From the NCBI GenBank assembly GCA_963837175.1, contig CAWIMJ010000039.1:62830-126829 (forward strand): a stretch of DNA of 64,000 nt, in the 5' to 3' direction. The position numbers and the translations under genes are program-made. The stretch is from an uncultured Nitrososphaeraceae archaeon (GTDB taxonomy: Archaea > Thermoproteota > Nitrososphaeria > Nitrososphaerales > Nitrososphaeraceae). Position 1 is the stretch's first letter, and the number at the start of each line of letters is the position of its first letter. Of this stretch, positions 56,891 through 64,000 are shown piece after piece. The notes beneath the pieces are model-generated. The model did no database searches. It was not told the DNA's origin and saw nothing but the letters and a program-made list of their open reading frames with translations.

Positions 56891-57535
56891 ATACATCAAG
56901 ATGGTACAGTAAATGTCTTAGGTGTTGCTGGTAGTATGCGACAACAATCCTACAGTACTCGTGCCTTAGAAATTGTATTAGAAGAAGCAAAAAAATACTA
57001 CTCAGAATCATATATGCTCGAGTTACGAAAAATAAATCTCCCACTCTACGATCCAAGCGAGATCACATCAGATGAGCCTTCTCCCAATAATAATAATAGT
57101 AATAATGTTTTAGAAAGAATTACAACAGCTTTGAGGTGGGCTGATGCATTTGTATTAGCATCACCAGATTATCATGGCTCTATGTCTGGCGGAATGAAAA
57201 ACTTTCTTGACTACTTCTGGGAAGACTTTGCTGGAAAAACATTTGGATACATTGTAGCATCACATGAAAAAGGCCTGACCGTTGTAGATCAGATGCGTAC
57301 AGCTGTTCGTCAATGCTATGGATGGAGTATGCCTTATAATATATCAATAAATGGAGAAAAAGACTTTGATTCAAAAGGAAATTTAGTTAATTCGGCAATA
57401 GCAAAAAGAATTAAGATGCTTGCACGTGACTTGGTGACGTATGGAACTTTAATTAGAGGACAGTTTTTGAAGGATGTAGCAAATCAGGAAATATCAGATA
57501 CCTTTGCTACACATTACCGAGATTATTATAAATAG
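56891..57535 (+). CDS. NADPH-dependent FMN reductase (start probably upstream of ATG 56936)
   Basis: VNVLGVAGSMR..S.S, LPLYD and ASPDYHGSMSG.MKNFLD. Confidence 0.9.
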   Translation: MHQDGTVNVLGVAGSMRQQSYSTRALEIVLEEAKKYYSESYMLELRKINLPLYDPSEITSDEPSPNNNNSNNVLERITTALRWADAFVLASPDYHGSMSGGMKNFLDYFWEDFAGKTFGYIVASHEKGLTVVDQMRTAVRQCYGWSMPYNISINGEKDFDSKGNLVNSAIAKRIKMLARDLVTYGTLIRGQFLKDVANQEISDTFATHYRDYYK

Positions 57536-57699
57536 ATAAGTTAAAAAGCAAGTTTCCCAGTAAACGTTTCTTGCTTAAGAATAATATTAGTCTCATCTTA
57601 GACCTTGTCGCTATTTGTGTATGTTTAATCTCGATGTTGTAAAAAATTGTCGTCGTTTGTAATAGGGATCAGAAGACTCAACTAATTTGCTTTTAGTTC

Positions 57700-58115
57700 C
57701 CCTCCCTCCATGATACTTTTCAATTTTTCAAATCTTGCTCAACCAATCCAACGTCTTCAGCAAACTTTTCTTCTGATATACCTGTTGTTTGAAACATCAT
57801 AAATATCACCTCACTTCCGTTACCCGTTCTGCACAACATGCATAGGAACGAATAAATCTACGCCAGAAGATGTCTTCACATAGCGGTCTAAAATTCCAAA
57901 TTCATTTCTTTCGGTAAGACTAACTTTTGCGGGTCCTTGTGGAGTCTCCACAATCCATTGTTATTCAGTTGGTTAACTGATCGGAAAGCCATACTTGCCC
58001 ATCAAGGGAGATTCTCTGGGTTCAAGACAAATTCATAAACTGTTCCTGGATCACGGTTTATAGAGATGCTTAGTGTAGTTGATCTTAACACTGTGATTAA
58101 TCTTGATACCCATTG
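57700..58115 (-). pseudogene. SRPBCC/polyketide-cyclase-like protein, degraded
   Basis: WIVETPQGPAKV..ERNEFGILD.YV..VPM.VV.NG / SEVIF..E.FAED..LVEQDL..LK. Confidence 0.7.
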
Positions 58116-58368
58116 TATAGTTAAGAAGATTTTGCTGATTTTGAATATATTGAGGATTAGTAGTAGTGGCGATGGTAGCGACCATGGTGATTATGATATG
58201 TCAAAGAAGAAAAAATAATCGCCATTGCCGCTTCCCATTTTTCCTGTATTTTCATCTAAACTAAGCGATGAGTTTTTTATATACTTGGTATCAAGTATAA
58301 TATAACAGTATTACGTTCCAGTTTTCATTTTACTATTAAAATATGGTACATGGCAATGATGGCAATTA

Positions 58369-58614
58369 TTATTTGTAACTTTTCTGATTATGGGAAGAAT
58401 GCATAGATCTATTGTTGCTACTGTTACTAGCTTTAGTAATTATTAATCTGTCATTATCCGGGTCTATTCTTACTAGTAGGATATCACCTGCTTTGAATGG
58501 GAAAAGACTATCTTCAATAAGGGATTTCTCTAAAAAGATTGTATGTCTTGCAGTAACTTGATTCTTGGATTTTGCCATTACTCTGAATAATCTTGTTTTG
58601 GTTTGTATTACCAT
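58369..58614 (-). CDS. AbrB/SpoVT-like swapped-hairpin small protein
   Basis: HTIFLEKSLIEDSLFPFKAGDILLVRIDP..RLII; start at MVIQTK. Confidence 0.6.
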   Translation of the reverse strand: MVIQTKTRLFRVMAKSKNQVTARHTIFLEKSLIEDSLFPFKAGDILLVRIDPDNDRLIITKASNSSNNRSMHSSHNQKSYK

Positions 58615-58926
58615 AAAACAAACAACAACTTCAACAAATACTATATACTGGTTAGATATAAGTATATACTTATGATTATTCATTTGTATATTACCTTTTA
58701 ATACTTTAAAGTATTATAGTATATATGAAACTCAAGGCACATTATAAAGAAATAACATCATCAAATCCGCTATATCTACATCAATGTAAGCAGTGCGGTG
58801 TTATTTTTGAAAGAGGTACATCTAAAGCAGTTTTTTCATCAAACAATAAATTCATGGTTGATAAATGCGACAACTGCAAAATATCTAGATCTTTCTTTTA
58901 CTAAAATATATAGAGTGAAATTTATT

Positions 58927-59130
58927 ATGATGAAAAATAAAGTAGAAACGTTAGTTTCGATGCTCATAAAAAAATGCAATGAGGAGTTTGATCTTGATAA
59001 AAGAATACAAATACTACAACAAATAAATTCGATCTTACCACAAACACTTCAGCTCAAGATACCTTCATTGATTACTGATGACTATATTAATATAGCATTG
59101 TATAGAATTGAAGAAAAGATACAATCATGA
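58927..59130 (+). CDS. small hypothetical helical protein
   Basis: MMKNKVETL..LKIPSLITDDYINIALYRIEEKI. Confidence 0.55.
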   Translation: MMKNKVETLVSMLIKKCNEEFDLDKRIQILQQINSILPQTLQLKIPSLITDDYINIALYRIEEKIQS

Positions 59131-60941
59131 GGTAAGGATACCAAAAATAGTTTCCCAACAAAAACTCTGCTTTATCAACAATTATCATTATTTCTTCATA
59201 TTTTGCTGATTTATCAACTATGTTACTCTCTCTCCAATATCTGTTATTCCTTTACTAATAAAAATGGAATCTTTAGTTGATTATCATCAACGGAGATGAA
59301 ACAGCAATTCCACCACTACCATCTTTAGTGATTATCAACTCCTTGTTCCTCTTCATATATTACAACAGCTGATCTTTGAATAGTCCAATAGGTAGCAAGC
59401 TCAGTAACTTCTATATCTCTCCATTTTCTGCTTGATGATAACGTATTCTATTTTTGGTTCTTGAATATCTAAAACTCTGTCTTATTATCATTCCTTAATA
59501 TTAAGAAAATTGTTCTGCTAGTATAATAATCTGGATAAGACAATGAAAGCCTAATCTTTAAGATAATTCTGTAGATACAAAACTTAATGCCAAGATTGCA
59601 AATAGAATTATTCTAGCCTTTTCACTTATAATTTTAGATACTACCAATCATCTATTTCTCATACTTTAATTAGCTATTCAGAAAGAGAGAAAAGATTCAA
59701 AGAAAATAAGAATTCATGAACAAATTAATTCTTGAAGTCAATAACTATCTTTTATGATCCACAGTATGCAATATGTCCTAGAATTTTTCTTGAAGTTATC
59801 GTCTTTATTATTTCTTTTATATCATGCTAGACATATATCATTTTTGGAAAGTTCTACTTTGGTGTCCTCACTTTCAATAGAATCAAATGAGATTTTATGA
59901 AATTTTGAAAAATTCACAAATAATTTTGATCCCTAGATAGCTAATTTTCTTCCTTTTCCTCTTCTTTGTTTAGGAAAATGTATTCATCTCTAGCAAAAGT
60001 TCCTTTGAACTCCTCCCATGCAATAAATTCTTGCATATCTACATCAGAAATTTCTACTAACAATAAAACTTCACGTCTAGTCATTCTTTTTTATTTCTCC
60101 TTTCGTAATTATGCCTTTGCAATATGGATAATTAAATGTAAGGTTTTCTGTAAAAATTATAATGTTATATTCATTAATTGTAGTAAAATATACTTTTCAT
60201 TTTTTCTGGATATTGTACATTCATATTGGAGCCAAATTGTATTAGAAGTATAGATTTTATTCAGTTCAATTTCTTGATAATTGAAATTAATGTTTATAGA
60301 CAAATGACATTCTTAATTATGATATTATTCTCTTATCGTAAATGGAGTCATGACAAAAGAAAACAAGAAAATACTAAATAAATACCTGAAGTCAACGAAT
60401 AAGCTTTTTCTCCTCAATTTATCATCAAATGTAGTTTATCAGAATATAATATACAGAATCTGTACAATTTTTGATTTATCATGATTTATATAGATAAATA
60501 ATATTTGAACTATCAACACTAAACATCCCAAACTTGTCTTTTGATTTTGAGATGGCATACTTTGTTATTATTCCATTTTCGACTTGGCCTAATGGATTCT
60601 TCTATGATAAGTTTGAATGCTTCTCAACCCTTAGTAATGTGTCTGAGAAAATGACCTTTAGTATGATCGACATGTAATAGTCCAAAATTTGTTTCAGCTC
60701 TATGCTTTCAAGTCATTCATAGTTATCTATAAGAAACCAGTGTAAATATCCAATGATGTCTGCACTATCGCTGATTGTTTGTCTGACTTGCTTAAGGTAT
60801 GCTACAATAACAGGCTAAATACAATCACATATAGAAAGTTTTTCATCTCAGAAAGATAGACAATACCACCAAGCATATAATTGTAAAATCGTATTTAGCA
60901 TAGTATTCCTCATGGTGGTAAATAGTATTTTCTTCATCTAT

Positions 60942-61946
60942 TTAAGGCGATGGAGGAAAGATTTCCATAGCACTGCAAGCGTAGAAGTCAACATTCTCAA
61001 AACCATCAACTCTTATGGTAGCCGGCACACCCCCTGCCCAATTTACTACTACTTCAGGATATCTATTGCCATTTCCTTTATCGATATGTTCTGAATATAA
61101 TCTATAATTATTTCTTAATGTGCCATCAGAATTAAATGGATCAGGATCAATATAACACCTATTTGTTGTTGTAGCAGTAGTATTATCTTTATTGTCATTG
61201 TTATTCCAACTAGTAGTTTTTATACCAAACCATTTTCCTTCTTCTACAAAGAATTCAAAAAATGGTTTTAGATTCTGATACTCGTACAAAGGATGGGATA
61301 ACTCTTTGGCCCACCGTGCAGCATGTCCTGAATCCCTGGTGGAAACATCAAGTTGTATACAAGCTGCTTGATCTGGCCTATCTTTGTGATGTCCACCTCC
61401 ACGCATTTTAATACAGCATGAAGTTTTGCGGCCAACTCTTTTGTTAAATCTTATAATAGCAGTTACTTCTTGATTTTTCAAATCCTTTTCATTTCCAATA
61501 AACCCGCTTTTCATTGCAGCCTTCCAATCATTTGTTTGTTTTGTAGTGGATGCAAATATATTTAGACGGCAACTTTTAGCATGTTCGCCAGTACTTTTAT
61601 AGGTTATATCGCCAGAAAACACATTCCAATATTCAATATTTCTTTCTTTTTTCTTCACAAATTCATTATGACTGTCAGTTGTGAAGTTCTTGAGATTATT
61701 TGGATTTTGTTTATTCAGTACGAAGTGTGAGCCATTTTTATTAGTTTGAAAGAGCCTTACTGTCCCGTCCTTATTGTAAATGACATTTTTCCTTGTTAGC
61801 ACTTGACTTGACTGTAGCAACTCTGTTGATGTTGTTGATGGTAGCGGAGTGGAAGGGTCTTGTAATTCTTCAGATTTTTCTTTATTATTATTCTTGACGA
61901 ATTTATTTATCCATTCTTTCCAGATACCAAATTGCATATACAGCAT
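60942..61946 (-). CDS. hypothetical protein, possible beta-jelly-roll polysaccharide-lyase/carbohydrate-binding fold
   Basis: KNQEVTAIIR, KMRGGGHH, AKELSHP.Y, GKWFGIK and IRVD. Confidence 0.7.
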   Translation of the reverse strand: MLYMQFGIWKEWINKFVKNNNKEKSEELQDPSTPLPSTTSTELLQSSQVLTRKNVIYNKDGTVRLFQTNKNGSHFVLNKQNPNNLKNFTTDSHNEFVKKKERNIEYWNVFSGDITYKSTGEHAKSCRLNIFASTTKQTNDWKAAMKSGFIGNEKDLKNQEVTAIIRFNKRVGRKTSCCIKMRGGGHHKDRPDQAACIQLDVSTRDSGHAARWAKELSHPLYEYQNLKPFFEFFVEEGKWFGIKTTSWNNNDNKDNTTATTTNRCYIDPDPFNSDGTLRNNYRLYSEHIDKGNGNRYPEVVVNWAGGVPATIRVDGFENVDFYACSAMEIFPPSP

Positions 61947-62275
61947 GAGTTCTTTAACAAATAATATAAATCAAAATAGAGATACGAAAATACATGAGCC
62001 CATTGCGGATTTTGTTTTGCTTTTTCTAAAAATTCTTTGGATTGCTGTTCCAAATTACCCTTAATCTTGAGGATATCCAGAAATATCTTTAATCGTTTTG
62101 GATAGTGCCTCCTTGGTTTCTAGAGCTTTTAAAGCATAAAGGAGGATAGACAATGGTACCATAACTTTTTTGCTAGCAGCATCTATCATCTTATCATATC
62201 TTCATGCGTGATAATTGGAATAATGTTTCCAAATGGATCTTCACAGATCCATTTTGCATATAGCGGTAGTCTCTT

Positions 62276-63286
62276 CTAACAATTGGAGACTATTTCCTTA
62301 CTGAAAATCTCTATTTGTTCTTGATAATCGCTCACAGGCCAGAAGTGAATACGTCTTACACCAGCTTCACAAAGAGCCTTTATCTTTTGAAGAGATTGCT
62401 CAGTGGACCCAAAGAGAAGTAAGTTCTTTAGTTCTTCTGGAGGCCTTCCTAGAGCAGGAGATAGTATGTCTTTTGCAATCTTGTGAACTTTTTCTCTATC
62501 ATTATCAATGTATCCAAACATTGACATAACAGAGTTTTCAAATGATTCAGTGTCCTTACCCAATTCTCTCCTATAAGACAAAAGCGTCTTCCATTTCTCT
62601 TTGAATTTATTTGGTGTAATATTATAAGCTGATGCCATCCAACCATCTCCATATTTTGCAACTCTTCTTAGCCCTAATTCAGAAGATCCCCAACTTCCTA
62701 TAAAGATTGGAGGATGAGGTCTTTGAAACGGTTTTGGCTCAACAGATACTTTATCAAATCTATAGAATCTGCCATTATAATCTACTAATAATGATGAGGA
62801 GGATTTATTTCCATTCTCCTCCTCCTCTTCTTCATTTTTTTCTTCATCATTCCAAACCATTCGCAGAATTTGTAAGGCTTCAGTAAATCTTTTCCATCTC
62901 TCCCCAAAAGGAATCCCACAAACGTCATAATCCTCTTTATGGGAACCAGGCCCAACTCCTGCAGCAAATAGTCTGCCGGAAGATAGAATATCTATAGCTG
63001 ATAAAGCTTTGGCACAAACAACAGGATTTCTTATAACTATATTCAATATAGAAGTACCAAGTTTTATTTTATTTGTGATTGCAGCAACTGCTGACAATGT
63101 ACTTATTGCGTCAAGCCAACTAGTTCTAAATACAATGTGATCGTTTACACTCAATGAATCATATCCAAGGAATTCAGCCTTTTGTGCAAATGAAAGGATT
63201 TGTTTTCTTGAAAGAAAGTCTTTTTCCCTACTACTAAATCCCATAATAGGCATATGAACTCCAAATGCAATTTGTTTCATTATCAT
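62276..63286 (-). CDS. LLM-class (probably F420-dependent) oxidoreductase
   Basis: AEFLGYDSLSVNDH, IKLGTSI, DILSSGRL, PKPFQRPHPPIFIG and YGDGW. Confidence 0.92.
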   Translation of the reverse strand: MIMKQIAFGVHMPIMGFSSREKDFLSRKQILSFAQKAEFLGYDSLSVNDHIVFRTSWLDAISTLSAVAAITNKIKLGTSILNIVIRNPVVCAKALSAIDILSSGRLFAAGVGPGSHKEDYDVCGIPFGERWKRFTEALQILRMVWNDEEKNEEEEEENGNKSSSSLLVDYNGRFYRFDKVSVEPKPFQRPHPPIFIGSWGSSELGLRRVAKYGDGWMASAYNITPNKFKEKWKTLLSYRRELGKDTESFENSVMSMFGYIDNDREKVHKIAKDILSPALGRPPEELKNLLLFGSTEQSLQKIKALCEAGVRRIHFWPVSDYQEQIEIFSKEIVSNC

Positions 63287-63809
63287 ATATCGTTACATTA
63301 ATGAAATTTGTCATAAGAAATATAGTTTGCGAACCTAAAAATACGAAATCTGAATGTTCTATTTACCTGTCTAGTGATTCCTATCACCGTTTAACTTTCA
63401 GGCGATGGAGTGACTTTTGGATTCTGTTAAATTATCTTCATATTAAGATTTAATAATAATAATAATGGCATTTAACCATCGTAGAGAGAGAACAAATAAA
63501 AGTGGCATTAGTATAAATCAGAAACATTTCAACTCTGCGATGGAGATGAAAAACTACCTGAAGAACAAAGTCCAGATCCAATAACATCCCAAGGGTATAA
63601 GCTTGAATTTTCCAGAAGGACAAATTGCGGTAGGAGAATCCTTTGATGTCTATATTGAGGGTCTAGATGGTACTCAGATTGTAAGACCTTCACAAATTCG
63701 TCTTCAAAGCAGCCAGAAGAAGTAACCTCTAATATCAATTAAATTGTTATTGTTGTATCAGTCATTGTCTTCTTTTCCTCTTCTTTGTAAATGATTACTA
63801 CTACTACTA

Positions 63810-64000
63810 CTATCCACCAACTGTTCTAACTATAGCAAATCCAATTATAAATCCTAAAACAGCACCAAATGTTGGCAGCCATTTTCTTTCCTTATGTGCC
63901 TTTGGTATCATGTCATAATGCAACATATAGAAAATACCACCAGCCGACAATGCAAGTATATATGCAATAACTTCTTTCATTCCTGTTAGGTAAAAAACAC
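63810..64000 (-). CDS. ZIP-family (ZupT/GufA) metal transporter, C-terminal part (runs off window)
   Basis: ..ILALSAGGIFYMLHYDMIPKAHKERKWLPTFGAVLGFIIG..*. Confidence 0.75.
   Translation of the reverse strand, partial: VFYLTGMKEVIAYILALSAGGIFYMLHYDMIPKAHKERKWLPTFGAVLGFIIGFAIVRTVGG

Noticed and set aside
58168-58190. Fluoride riboswitch (GGCGATGG start)
   Set aside because: Lacks the following GTTCGCC stem and downstream GATGAC pseudoknot element; no crcB/eriC gene.

Overview
AT-rich (roughly 30% GC by eye) archaeal chromosomal segment, most consistent with a soil Nitrososphaeraceae ammonia-oxidising archaeon. Supporting families include DUF6659-like proteins, thaumarchaeal histidine kinases, BNR/sialidase-like and CHRD proteins, a stand-alone Lrp ligand-binding domain and an LLM oxidoreductase. 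It is an accessory-type region with intact genes interspersed among many frameshifted pseudogenes and IS relics. Intact modules are a CUT1 sugar ABC transporter, an ATP-dependent DNA ligase, two orphan DNA methyltransferases, a Cache/HAMP/PAS kinase-REC-adenylate cyclase operon and a SufR-like regulator locus with three copies of an operator-like motif. The most interesting candidate is a stand-alone ~360-390 aa membrane protein (43418-44599). Its N-half carries two D-x3-H-x12-H motifs spaced like the AmoC/PmoC copper sites, and its C-half shows AmoA-like features, so it may be a single-chain AmoC-AmoA-like (CuMMO-related) protein. No rRNA, tRNA or CRISPR array was seen. All family calls come from motif recognition, not from database searches.
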